Source: Octopus sinensis (taxonomy: Eukaryota). From it: a DNA stretch of 64,000 nt. Positions 12,541-25,037 of this stretch are shown here, one piece after another. Both the position numbers and the translations under genes were made by a program. Within the stretch, counting starts at the first letter, position 1, and every line of letters starts with the position of its first letter. The notes under the pieces are model-generated. The model searched no databases. It was not told where the DNA came from and worked only from the letters and a program-made list of their open reading frames with translations. The DNA is taken from positions 28,520,001 through 28,584,000 of the forward strand of contig NC_043003.1 in assembly GCF_006345805.1 (NCBI RefSeq). Direction: 5' to 3'.

Positions 12541-12789
12541 TATACCTAGGTTGAAGCAGCGAGCTGGCAGAATCGTTAGCACGCCGGGAAAAATGCTTAG
12601 CGGTATTTCGTTCGTCTTTAAGTTCTGAGTTCAAATTCCGCCGAGGTAAACTTTGCTTTTATCCTTTCGGGGTCGATAAAATAAGTACCAATTGAAAACT
12701 GGGACCGATTTAATTGACTCACCTCCTTCCCCGAAATTATTGTTCTTATACCAAAATTTGAAACCAGTATAGTACCTAAGTGTATTAGG

Positions 12790-13118
12790 GAGTAGTTCGA
12801 TCCGTTGACCGGCACTCTGTCGGTTACGACGACGATGGGTCGAGATGATCCGATCAACGAAACAGATTGCTCTTGAAATTAACCTGCATGTGGCTGAGCA
12901 CTCCACAGACACATGTACACTTAACGTAGTTCTCAGGGAGATGCAGTGTGACAAGGCTGGCCCTTTGAAATACAGGTACTACTCATTTTTGCCAGCTGAG
13001 TGGACTGGAACAACGTAAAATAGTGTCTTGCTCAAGGACATAACGCGTCGCCGGGAATTGAACTTACAGACTTGCAATCGTGAGCCGAATACTCTAACCA
13101 GTAAGCCACGCGCCTTCA
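12790..13118 (-). mobile_element. SINE family C (tRNA head, GTCCTTGAGCAAGACAC core)
   Basis: Related heads at about 15825-16030 and 29020-29270. Confidence 0.7.
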
Positions 13119-13120
13119 CT

Positions 13121-13176
13121 GTTTCGATCTACGGTCTTATGAATTCATAACATGATTATTACTGCGCCACTCCTGC
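13121..13176 (-). pseudogene. tRNA-iMet relic abutting a SINE head
   Basis: GTTTCGATCTACGG ... ACTGCGCCACTC retain B-box and A-box regions at about the right spacing. Confidence 0.6.
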
Positions 13177-13961
13177 GAATATTTGAGATAATAGAAATCT
13201 TAACTTTTCATAGAAATTTAAAATATCGAAATTGTTAGACATTTTTGTGAGCAGTGTGTGTTTGTACAATGAAATATTTTACAAGCAATTTAATCTGATA
13301 GATTAGAGATAATACATTTATCGATCCACTGAAACGAGATATAATCCATCAGTACATTGTGATATCGATTAATCGATAATATCAGTCCTGTCACTTCAGT
13401 AATGCATATGAACTTTTCAAAATTATTTTGAGAACATCATATATTGATTTTATATAGAAATTTTATTCTTAATTATACTAATTACAATTGTATAATTATT
13501 CATTCAATTAAGTTATAGTACCAAATCCAACGAATCTAAAGAACACTTTTCGACTGTCACAACAGAAAAGAAATATAAAGCGAAACTAATTAATTAAAAT
13601 GCTACCAGAGGAAATTGAAACCGTTACTATAGACACCACAAACTGGGACTCATTATTATATTCCACAGATCGACAAGAGTTAGTTACATATTGAGGTGGT
13701 ATGTCAATAGATAGAAATATCACGTGACGACAACAATCAGCTATGTTCCAAGACTTTCTAATATACATACATACGTGTATGTATGTATGTATGTATGTAT
13801 GTATGTATGGATGTACGTGTAAAAGTGGAATTTGGTCAACTGTAAATGGAAATCACACAAAGTCGAGAAAATTATGACAGTAATATTTCTTAAACACAAT
13901 ATGAAACAAACAATGATTACATTAGTTCTATGGAACCTTACGAACAATCAATAATTAATTA

Positions 13962-15234
13962 CGTGGTCTGATCAACAAATATCCGGAGTGTTGCCATGGT
14001 AACGAAGCTAAAGGACTCAGAGTAAAGCCGCTTAACAAAAATTGGCCTTGAACTCTGCTGAGCATGCGCACTAAGTTTTAACGTTCTAACACACTTCCGC
14101 TGTTTACAGCAGTGCTTGGAAGGAACGTGTGTAGCGTGTGATCGTCGCATTGACCATGACAGAGAAAGTTGAGCAGAGAATCTGCATCAAATTTTGCCAA
14201 AAGCTTTGCGATACATGCTCAGACGTCGACGTAAAGTCGCAGAAAGTGTATGGAGAAGAGTGTATGAGTCGCTCAAAGTGTACGAGTAGTTCCGACGTTT
14301 CCAAGATGGCCGAAAAATATCGATAGTGACGAACGTCTTGGGAGACTTGCAACCAGCAGAAATGAGAAAAACACCGCAGATGTGCCTGCAGCTTTGAGGG
14401 GGAATCGTCGAATCACCATCCGTGGGTTATCAGAGGATGTGCGGATTAGTTATGGTTCAGTTCAGTCCATTATCACTGAAGATTTCTGTATGAGACGCGT
14501 GTCTACCATGTTTGTACCCAAACTGCTTTCAGCTGGCCAAAAGGTCACTCGGGTTTCAGGTGCATAAGATCTTGATTGTGTCGAGAACGATGAAGACTTT
14601 TTTGAAAATGTTCATAATGGGTGATGAGTCGTGGGATATAGGTATGACCTCGAAACAAAGGCCCAGTCTTCGCAGTGTAAGACCCCAACCACTCATGAGT
14701 TGAAGCAATGTGAAGACACTGTTGACGGTTCTTTTCGACTACCAGGGGAATGTTCATCATGAGAGTTGTCCACAAAGAGTATGACCGTGACGTTTTGCGG
14801 CGCTTGATGGATTCTATTCGTCGGAAAAGGCCACAATTGTATGTGTCCGGTGGGTGGCAATTGCACGATGACAACGCACCTGCCCATTCAGCGCAGCTTG
14901 TGTGGCAGTCTTTGGCTAGGCACAGCATTTCTCAAGTCCAATAGCCACCGTATTCTCCAGATCTCGCCCCCTTGTGACTTTTTTCCTCTTTCCAAAAATC
15001 AAATCTCGCTTGAAAGGAATAAGATTTCAGGACGTCGATGAAATCAAAATGAATGCAACGAGCCAGCTGCTGATTATCCCAGAAAACGAGTTCGAGGAAT
15101 GCTTCCATCAATGGAAACAGCACTGAATTAAGTGTGTGGCTTCTGAAGGGGACAAGGAGAATAAATACCAACTTGATACGTGTTGTAGTTTTGTTTTTAT
15201 AGCACCAAGCTGGATACTTACTGATCAGACGTCG
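13962..15234 (+). mobile_element. full-length decayed mariner transposon
   Basis: About 1.27 kb, TA TSD, imperfect TIRs (CGTGGTCTGATCA / TGATCAGACGTCG); frameshifted transposase motifs EQRICIKFC, FVPKLL, MGDESW, LHDDNAPAH, PPYSPDLAP. Confidence 0.92.
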
Positions 15235-15278
15235 TATACAAAGTACTTTAATAAATTACATATACGGTCCTTTCGAGC

Positions 15279-15350
15279 AGCAGAGTGGCGCAGTGGAAGC
15301 GTGCTGGGCCCATAACCCAGAGGTCCGTAGATCGAAACTACGTTCTGCTA
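15279..15350 (+). tRNA. tRNA-iMet-CAT: initiator tRNA-Met (CAT), G7-U66 wobble variant
   Basis: Consensus except CTACGTTCTGCTA; T run downstream; mariner insertion ends about 44 nt upstream. Confidence 0.93.
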
Positions 15351-16042
15351 GTAAGTTAATTTTTTTTTTCATCAAGTGGTATTAAAATGCTGATGTGGTT
15401 CAAATTTTAGCATTTAGTAAAGCCGTTTAATCTTCATTTGTACGATATCATGAAAATTGATTTTATAGCTAGATAACAGATATAAAAATAAAATATGAGA
15501 TCGCTAAACATAAATTTCGCGTAATAGATGATGAAATTGATCAATGATATTTATCAATAGATGTTCACGAAATATGTCATTCAACAGAGATGTTTAGTGG
15601 GAGTGTATTAGATTTAAAATCCAGAGATCTATAGAATCGAAACCCAGTTTGCGGGAAAACTTCAAGTTCATTCACAGCAGTCCAGCAGTAATTCTCACTT
15701 CTTTGAAAATCAGAACTAAATATCTCTCATGGGACATAAAACGAAAATGAATAACAAGCAGTTACAGGAAATAAACTAAATATTTGGCACATTGCCCTTT
15801 CTATTCAACCATATATCTACATGTGGAGGCGCATGGCTTAGTAGATCGTAAGATTGTGGTTTCGATTCTTGGACCCGGTAAACGCGTCGTGTTCTTGAGC
15901 AAAACACTATTTCACGTTGCTCCAGTTCACTGAAGCTGGCAAAAATGCGTAATCCTGCAATGGACCGGCGTCCTGTCCAGAAAGGGTAATATATCTGCCA
16001 TGAAACCAGGAAACTGGCCCTTAAGAGTTATTAGTCAAGAAG

Positions 16043-16131
<89 letters not shown>

Positions 16132-16545
16132 TTTGTACAAAGTGAAATTCTCAATCTCATTGATTGTTATTGTTTAGGCATTGCAGGTAAAATGATCAAA
16201 AGCATTCCAAAAATGAACATCCCATCGATTTAAGTATTTGTTACGCTACTTTAGCAATATATTAACTTTCTTTTGTCAAGGCTAATGTATTTTCAGGGAC
16301 ATTGGATTGCTATTTCATGTTGAGTGGACCCAATATTCATACATCAAACCAAAAACGTGCGCGCGCACGCATGTATGGTTTCTAATATATTCATATAGTC
16401 ATAAAATAATTTTTTGTTTTGTGATTCAAGAAAAAAATCCAATTTCTTTCCTATCAAATACTGAACGCTGAACACTGAATCACATCAATATCTCAACCAA
16501 TAGTGGATGATGAAAAGAAAAATATCTAAGAAAAAAAAAATTTGC

Positions 16546-16617
16546 TTGCAGAGCATAATTTCGATCCTCAGACGTCTGGTTTATGTGGACAGCACGCTTC
16601 CACCGCGACACTGATTC
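16546..16617 (-). pseudogene. degenerate tRNA-iMet
   Basis: Reverse complement ...GTGTCGCGGTGGAAGCGTGCTGTCCACATAAACCAGACGTCTGAGGATCGAAATTATGCTCTGCAA; flanks paralogous to the 5933 copy; stems broken. Confidence 0.85.
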
Positions 16618-16925
16618 TGAATGACGACAGCTATATATTTTATGCATTATTGGTTTTTGTAAGGTTCCATGCACCGTTTAATGTTATCTCTTTTTCTGAC
16701 GTATAACATTCTTTAGTAAAAATTATTGTACGATTTCCTCAATGATTCTGTGAAATTTCTGTTCACTTGAAAGCTCCCCTTAATTTGTGGCTGTAGATAG
16801 CTCTCAGCAATAAGATCAGTATTTTGATATTTCCGACGAAATAATGATTTTCCTCTTAGGTATTGAATGTAGAACTACATAAATATTTGTGTATTTGATA
16901 AAAATTAAATGATCTCTGGAATAGT

Positions 16926-16997
16926 TAGCAGAGCGTAGTTTCGATCTACGGACCTCTGGGTTATGGGCCCAGCACGCTTCCCCTGCGCCACTCTGCT
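16926..16997 (-). tRNA. tRNA-iMet-CAT: initiator tRNA-Met (CAT), D-loop T>G variant
   Basis: Reverse complement is identical to 5512-5583, with homologous flanks. Confidence 0.95.
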
Positions 16998-17206
16998 CCA
17001 CAGATGCAAACGCTTATATATAACATATTATTGATTGTTGGCAAATTTCCATACGGGAAATATAGAAAGTGACAATTTATATAATCTTGATTTATACAAT
17101 TTTCTATTGTGTGGTTTTCATTGAATCACATCAATGCCTCAACAGCGGATGATGGAAAGAATAAAAATGTCAAAAAAGTGAGAGAAAGAAAAAAAAACAA
17201 CAACGC

Positions 17207-17278
17207 TAGCAGAACGTAGTTTCGATCTACGGACCTCTGGGTTATGGGCCCAGCACGCTTCCACTGCGCCACTCTGCT
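17207..17278 (-). tRNA. tRNA-iMet-CAT: initiator tRNA-Met (CAT), G7-U66 wobble variant
   Basis: Reverse complement is identical to 15279-15350; T run downstream on the minus strand. Confidence 0.93.
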
Positions 17279-17755
17279 TCACGAAGTATCGTCCTTATAC
17301 ATAACGTATTGTTGGTTGATCGTAAGGTTCCATATGAGAATTGCAGAAAGCGAGACCTAATGTAACCTGTATTTGTGCCATGTATTGTGAGACATATTAC
17401 AGTTATCTCTGGCTTGTGTGGTTTCCATTCACATTGATCAAATTTCTCTCCTCACCCCTTTCTTTCCCTCTATTTCCACACACATACATTGTCAGTTTCC
17501 TTATAAAGCACACATACATCATAATATGGGCGAAGATAAAGAATACGCACACCACCCGTTTTCGGCTGTTAGGGTTAGTGTTAGGGTTACGCAGAAAACG
17601 TGTCGTGTGCGTATACTTTACTTCGGCCTACAATATATATACAGTACCTTATTCAATACTGTATATAACTAGAGATACGCTGACGTTTGTGAGAAAATAT
17701 AATCAATACTATATTTTTGTCTCCGTTGGATCCCTTTTCCTTCTCTTGTTTGAAG

Positions 17756-17832
<77 letters not shown>
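17756..17832. repeat. (GATA)n microsatellite
   Basis: Direct reading. Confidence 0.99.
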
Positions 17833-18070
17833 TGGAGAGGGGGTGTTGAGAAAAGGAGACAGATAAAATTATATATTCAAAGTTATTTTCTAACATGTCT
17901 TAAAATCTGTAAGGTCGTTGTTTCGACTCCTAGACTTTGTTTTTAATAAAAAACATTTAATTTGACTTCGTTCTTGTCCCCTCAGCTAAAAATGATAACA
18001 GGCAGCAATTAGGATTATCCTGTGAAGGACTAGCCACCATTTTGAAAAAGTAATTTTTTAGATAATTAAT

Positions 18071-18143
18071 TAGCCGAACGTAGTTTCTTTTTACAGATAT
18101 CTGAATTAGGAACCTTACTACTCTTCCACTATTCCAAACTGAA
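18071..18143 (-). pseudogene. highly decayed tRNA-iMet relic (inverted twin at 20381-20453)
   Basis: TAGCCGAACGTAGTTTC...CTTCCACT at tRNA-length spacing. Confidence 0.5.
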
Positions 18144-18530
18144 TTTTAAGAAACTTATGCCATCCATATAATATTCCGTTAATTATTATTACTTATAATT
18201 ACTTATAACAGTAAGCTCGTATCGTTTGTGGCAAATCATTCAGTGGCGTATTGCATTTTTGATCGCTTACATGTCATAAAGACTGCGTTGTAACACGATC
18301 TTATGTGCCTGTAGACTACCCAGCTGGCGGTGCACTGTGTTCATTTCACGTTGTCCCAATCCACTCTGAGTAACCACGTAAAGGAATAGCCTTCCGATTA
18401 GCGGGGATGTTGACCTGTTCGCCTAGCGGGGTGGTATCATTCGAAAGCTAAAACAATGCGAAGCGCATTGTGACAAGCGTATAGCAACAACCGATAGTCT
18501 GGTCGATTCCATGAAATATATATATATATA

Positions 18531-18970
18531 GCAATAATAAATCTCTAAACGAGATATAAACAGTAACTGCTCTATAACATAAGGGGTATCAGCCATCTGA
18601 ATGTGGCTAGGGACAGGGCAGGGCGGTGGGGGTGTTACTGATGCATTTAGCCCCAGGCGATCATCAACGTCACCAGGAGGGCTGACACCATCTCGGTGTC
18701 CTCTAGCCTGCAAAGGGAGATCATTCCCCGAAGACGCGGATGCTACATACGGACCAGGTTTCAAGGTAGGCAAATACCTTGAAACCTGGTCCGTATGTAG
18801 CACCCGCGTCTTCGGGGAATGATCTCCCTTTGCAGGCTAGAGGACACCGAGATGGTGTCAGCCCTCCTGGTGACGTTGATGATCGCCTGGGGCTAAATGC
18901 ATCAGTAACACCCCCACCGCCCTGCCCTGTCCCTAACCACATTCAGATGGCTGATGCCCCTTATGTTATA
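18531..18970. repeat. fold-back element: 196-bp inverted arms, 6-nt loop
   Basis: 18573-18768 vs 18775-18970 with 3 mismatches; unique 42-bp leader; flanked by (TA)n. Confidence 0.95.
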
Positions 18971-19035
18971 TATATATATATATATATGAATAAAAAATGG
19001 AGTTAACGCAGGTGTAATCAAATATTTTTACTTTC

Positions 19036-19109
19036 GACACATGTTTCGAAAATTCCACTGATACTATTCAAATGAATAAATGGTATAAACAATGCAATCT
19101 TCTCCTCAG
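19036..19109 (-). ncRNA. hammerhead-like motif with large loop 2
   Basis: Minus strand CTGAGGA GAAGATT...AATTTTC GAAA CATGTG TC; 7-bp stem II; stem I not evident. Confidence 0.45.
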
Positions 19110-19200
19110 TTACAACACCTTTACTTGTGAGATTTTTGCTGCCCTGGTAACTATTTATTTATTTTTCCGTGTTAATTGTGAACAAGGTAAAAATACTCTC

Positions 19201-19247
<47 letters not shown>

Positions 19248-19262
19248 TATTTCTGTGTGTGC

Positions 19263-19305
<43 letters not shown>

Positions 19306-19925
19306 ATATACATACTCGGACACATGTTTTTCTAGTCAGCAACGTAATATTGTAGAGACGTCATCGGATTGTGTGTGTGTGTGTGTGTATGCTTGCGTGT
19401 GTGTTTAGTCGCTTTAATTATTCACCGGCGTAACACTGTAGAACCATCATAGACAAACACACAATAACCTTCATAAGCTGGAACTACGTTCTGCTACAGA
19501 GTTGCAATTAATTATTTGTATTTAACATAGTATAATTTTGGCGAAGATTTAATTATTTTTGTATTGAAATTAATATTTGCACAAATATTTGTATAGAATA
19601 TTAAATCTACTGTAGTATAACATATGTCATTGATATTTAATGAAACGTAGAGATACTATAAATCTAGATTTTTATCTATTTCGGTGAACGGCCTTTATTA
19701 TTGGGGAATTAACAAATGAGATGCTGAGGCATTCATACATTTTAGAAAGGGAAAATAGTAGAATACAAAGACGAAGATTTTTCTCACCTGCAAATGGACA
19801 ATATGTAGTTTACTGCTTATAGTGAAAGTATAAAGTCGATCTTATTATGATGTCATAGATATGATTTGCCGCAAATGATACAAGCTTACTGTTATTAATA
19901 ATAATAATTAACTGTATGTTATATG

Positions 19926-20347
19926 TTTAAGGCGGCGAGCTGGCAGAATCGTTAGCCCGCAGGGTGAAATGTTTAGTGGTATTTCGTCTGCCGCTACGTT
20001 CTGAGTTCAATTTCCGCCGAGGTCGACATTGCCTTTCATCCTTTCGGGGTCGATAAACTAAGTATCAGTTTCACACTGGGGTCGATGTAATCGACTTAAT
20101 CCGTTTGTCTGTCCTTGTTTGTCCTCTCTGTGTTTAACCCCTTGTGGGTAGTAAAGAAATAGATATGTTACATATTTCTTTACTACCCACAAGGGGCTAA
20201 ACATAGAGGGGACAAACAAGGACAGACAAAGGGATTAAGTCGATTACATCGACCCCAGTGTGAAACTGGTACTTTATTTATCGACCCCGAAAGGATGAAA
20301 GGCTAAGTCGACCTCGGCGGAATTTGAACTCAGTAGTAAAGAAGTAG
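19926..20347. mobile_element. tail-to-tail SINE family A pair with 12-bp flanking duplication
   Basis: GTATGTTATATG at 19914-19925 and 20348-20359. Confidence 0.8.
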
Positions 20348-20380
20348 GTATGTTATATGGATGGCGTAAGTTCCTTAAAA

Positions 20381-20453
20381 TTCAGTTTGGAATAGTGGAA
20401 GAGTCGTAAGGATCCTAATTAAGGTATCTGTAAAAAAAAACTACGTTCAGCTA
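20381..20453 (+). pseudogene. highly decayed tRNA-iMet relic
   Basis: ...TGGAATAGTGGAAG...AAACTACGTTCAGCTA, 73 nt; inverted duplicate of 18071-18143. Confidence 0.5.
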
Positions 20454-21475
20454 ATTAATTATCTAAAAAATTACTTTTTCAAAATCTTAATTGGTAATGT
20501 ACGTTTGACAAGTTTATGTATATACCATATTCATATCATACTGCAGCGAGCCCTCTGCTGAGTTTCAAACCATTTCTCACAGAATCCCTAATTTAGAATC
20601 GCAGCCTATCTATATGGCCTTTAAGGATAAACAGCTACCAACAATAAACTCTGTCGCCATAAAGAGTATTAACGCCTACGTGGACTTGGTTCACCCAATC
20701 AGATTGGCTGATATATAATCAAATAAGCGGTAGATTCGAAAGTAGGTCTTATGAATTCTCCCCCCACCCCCACCTCCAATAGTTTTTTTTTTTAAGGGGA
20801 AGGTTTTAGAAGCTTGACTAAAATTTTAAAAAGTCGAGACATTGTACTTCCAAACAGAACAACTTCAGGTGATACACGGAAATCTGTCAGATTTTGTGAT
20901 AAGTTGTTTTCCCTTTTTCAGTTTATTCTAACTTTAATAACTACGAATGGCATAAATATTTGTATGTATCCCATTCCATTATCTTTTGTATGATGTATTC
21001 AAATATTCGTCGTACATTTATAAATGCAAATGTACCCAGCAATAAAATAAATATGGAAACTAAATGAATTACGCACACTCTACTTATTGCTGTAGACTAC
21101 CAACGACAGTTTAATGACTAAAACCCCTAAAATTGGCATGGGGTGAATGTGAATGTGTGTGTGCAAAGTGGACGACCAGCACAACATATATTAAAACAAC
21201 TGTAAAGACAGTTACAGATATATATATTAAACTCTTTATGCGCTGCTATGGTCGTGCGCATCCAAATCACTTTAACAACATTCGTATAAGAGCGATTATT
21301 ACGTTTTCTCAGTAAACAGCACTGAGTAGATGAATCTTGATGATGGCTTTAACGAAAGTTTAAACTAGTCTATGGAAAGCTGCGAAGATTCTTATGATTT
21401 CACGCCTAGGCTAAAAATACGTTTATATAACATGCGATCATATATATATATATAGATAGATAGATATATATATAT

Positions 21476-21710
21476 CACGTGATCACGTGACCGACCAGAC
21501 CATCAGATGTTGCTACACATCGCTGGTCACAATGCGTTCGCATTGTTTTTTAACCTTCGAATGACGCCACCCCGCTGGCTAAGCGAGCAGGCCAACAGAA
21601 GAAAGAGTGAAAGAAAGAGTGGTGAAAGAGTACAGCAGGGATCACGACCCCCTGCCGGAGCCTCGTGGAGCTTTTAGGTGTTTTCGCTCAATAAACACTC
21701 ACAATGCCCG
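21476..21710 (+). repeat. unclassified interspersed repeat in (TA)n
   Basis: Diverged reverse-complement copy at about 18405-18515. Confidence 0.6.
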
Positions 21711-21712
21711 AT

Positions 21713-21779
<67 letters not shown>

Positions 21780-21910
21780 TAGATATAATTGAAGAAACTG
21801 GAGTCAAGAAGGAGTACGGTTGGACAGTTATTTTTTAATCACTACAATTGTTTCCAACCAACATGGTTCTCCCAAAATGCAGGAATTTGACTATATGTAT
21901 ATATATATAT

Positions 21911-22012
<102 letters not shown>

Positions 22013-23118
22013 GTGTGAGTATGTATACATGTACATATGTGTGTATATATATATTTAGAAAGGCCTAAATATGAATGCAAAAAAGACAATAGTCCTTAGT
22101 AAGACAATACAAAAGGAAGCGAACAAAGGTTTATGAACAGAAGCTTGAACAACTAAACAAATATCTTCAAGTATTTAAGACAAATAAATTAGGAACGTCG
22201 CTTTGCGGAAGTCGTTACTCAAAAAAATGAATAAGACTAAAATGACATTTATAAGAATGAAAAAAGACCTTCACCTCAAAAGACGTAAGACTGCAGCTAA
22301 CATTGAGACCAATAAACTGTGTATTAGGCCAATTGTATGGGACAGAAAATAGATGCCATTGAAACGTAGATTGGGTAGATTAAGATGGAAAGACAGGGTA
22401 ATAAAAGCTACAGTGCTAGAAAAGCTGTAAGTCCAGAGATATCTATTGTTGAGAATTAAGTCCATAAAGCTGTCATGTTTTAGACATATGATATGCTAGA
22501 GCATCATGGCACGAAGTGTGGAAGGAGGGACAGAGCCTATATCACACATTTGTGGGCTGACGACATCAATGAATAGACTGGAAGCAAGAGCTGGCCAGAC
22601 TAATTATATGCATGCCACACGGCACAAACCGACCCCTGAACACTGGAAGGGAACCTAGCTAATGTTGATGATATATTTACCTAGGACCAGTTTCAATCCC
22701 CCAAAATTTGTATTACGATATCAGCACAAAGTTCCTATCCACCACTGTTGTAATAACCAGCCAACGAAGAAAAAAATATGTTATTGATTGAATCATATGT
22801 TCATCAAATTAGTTTGCTTTAAAACAATGATATCTGTTTTTCAAGAAAGATAAATGTGACGTAAAACAACGTTAATTTATGGCAGGCTGTGTTTGCAGTA
22901 TTTCTATTCCCAGTGGAACTATTAAACTATATTTCAAAACAAATCTCTACCATTCTGAGAACGGTTGTTGACATCTCATTATTGGCAGTGGTTTCTTAAA
23001 AAATGCTAAGACATCATGCAACAGAAAAACCTCCCATATGTAATACAGCTAAGCATTAAAATACAGGAGGTGTTTTTAATATGTTTACGATATTTAAAAA
23101 GGAAAAGAAATATATGTA

Positions 23119-23182
23119 TAACAGAGTGTAGTTTCGATCTACGGACCTATAGGCCCACCATTCCCCACTGCGCCACTCTGTT
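23119..23182 (-). pseudogene. tRNA-iMet pseudogene with deletion in the anticodon arm
   Basis: Reverse complement AACAGAGTGGCGCAGTGGGGAATGGTGGGCCTATAGGTCCGTAGATCGAAACTACACTCTGTTA; lacks the 3' strand of the anticodon stem. Confidence 0.85.
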
Positions 23183-23344
23183 GAACAGCTACTGGCTTAA
23201 ACCATATCCATAAATATTATTCCATTTCATTGCTGATGCAATAATCTTTAGACTTTATGGATCATCCTTTATATAAGTATGTCTGTGTGAGTATATACAT
23301 CTACATCTACATAACTATATCTGTATCTACATACATACGCATAT

Positions 23345-23403
<59 letters not shown>

Positions 23404-24212
23404 CTGCTTCCTTAGTAAGTTATTTCACACACACGCACAATACACACACACACACAAGCACAAACATATACACAATATACACCCGCATACACACAATGAT
23501 TGATTGCAATTTTACTTATTCTAAAAAAGGTATAGCATTCTAAAACCGTCCATTTCGATATTTTTAGCTTCATAGATCTGTCAATGCCATAACCTTTTTT
23601 TATTGACTCGACAATTCATCGAAATTACTTTACACTGTTTTTAAACTAAATTTGCAAGTACCATGATAACGACTGGCGAAGATACAAGAAGACTATTCGA
23701 TTTCATCACGAATATAATTTTACCGCAAATTGAATGAAGAATTTATAAATATTTGTAATGATTCATTTAAAAATTATTAGAATATTCAAACTCTACCGCT
23801 ATCCGGTTCTCTACACTCTGCGTTCAAAATCCCACCGGTGTCATCTCTACTAATTATTCTATCGAGGTTGGTACAAAAGGAAATGCCGATCTCCGATGAT
23901 GGATCTGTAAAATTGTAAGAATATTGGACAAAATGCCTTGCGGTATTTGTTCCCGCTCTTCGCGTTTCTGAGTTCAAATCCAGCCATGACCTACCTGGGT
24001 GGTAGGTCTAATCCGTTACCCAGTTTAACCTCACCACTTGGTACTTTGCGTGATTTGCTCCATCTGTAGCAAATATTCAGGCTAAGCCTTTTGTTTGATA
24101 ATTTCTTCTACCTTCCCTCCGTTTTGAAAGCCCTGTGAAGGACCATAGGGACTACATTCTCGCCTAAAATAATAATTATATTATATGTATATATGTTTAT
24201 GTATGTATGTAT

Positions 24213-24275
<63 letters not shown>

Positions 24276-24284
24276 TATATATAT

Positions 24285-25037
24285 GAGACTCAGTCTCAAC
24301 GTATGGCTCACCACTTCACCCTACGTGGATACCCCCTCACCACTATCCACACCGCCCTTGCCAGAGCACGGTCCGTGGACCGTGTATCTGCTCTCTCTCC
24401 CCGAACCCGCCCTGTAGTCTCCCGCCTCCCTTTTCCCCTCACTTACCACCCCACGACCCTACGTCTCCAACGCACCATTCTTCGAGCTTTCCGTCATCTC
24501 CAGTCCGACCCGTCCACTTCACACCTCTTCCCTAACCGACCCCTCCCCTCTTTCAAACGAGCCCACAACCTTCGAGACCTTTTGGTCCATAGCTCCTTCC
24601 CTGACCCTACCTCCCAACCCGGCTCGTTCCCCTGCTCCCGCCCACGTTTCCGCACTTGCCCTTACCTCTCCAACACCACCCGCCTCACTAGCACCCACCA
24701 TCGACCCTATCCCATCATCCACTCCTTCACCTGCACCTCCAGCAATATTATCTATTGCATCTCTTGCTCTCTCTGCAATTCCTTGTACATCGGACAAACG
24801 GGACGCCGCTTGGCTGACCGGTTCGCGGAACACCTTCGTGACATCCACCTTGCGAACGACACACCGGTCTCACGCCATTTCCGCTCCACCGGTCACTCCT
24901 TGCAACACCTATCTGTGTTCGGTTTGTCCTTACACAGAGGCCATCCGGATTCCCGTTTGCGCCGTGAACAGGAATTAATCTTCTCTCTTCGCTCTTATAC
25001 GCCATTTGGTCTCAACTCTCCCCCCCTACTCATCTAA
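24285..25037 (+). CDS. Penelope-like RT-thumb/GIY-YIG endonuclease C-terminal fragment (no genuine start)
   Basis: Uninterrupted frame of about 250 codons; the predicted N-terminus (24207-24284) is translated microsatellite. Confidence 0.8.
   Translation, partial: ETQSQRMAHHFTLRGYPLTTIHTALARARSVDRVSALSPRTRPVVSRLPFPLTYHPTTLRLQRTILRAFRHLQSDPSTSHLFPNRPLPSFKRAHNLRDLLVHSSFPDPTSQPGSFPCSRPRFRTCPYLSNTTRLTSTHHRPYPIIHSFTCTSSNIIYCISCSLCNSLYIGQTGRRLADRFAEHLRDIHLANDTPVSRHFRSTGHSLQHLSVFGLSLHRGHPDSRLRREQELIFSLRSYTPFGLNSPPLLI

Noticed and set aside
17568-17589. Telomere
   Set aside because: Only about 3.5 imperfect units inside a small fold-back element.
18423-19006. Mirrored ORF pairs on both strands
   Set aside because: A consequence of the palindrome; no coding signature.
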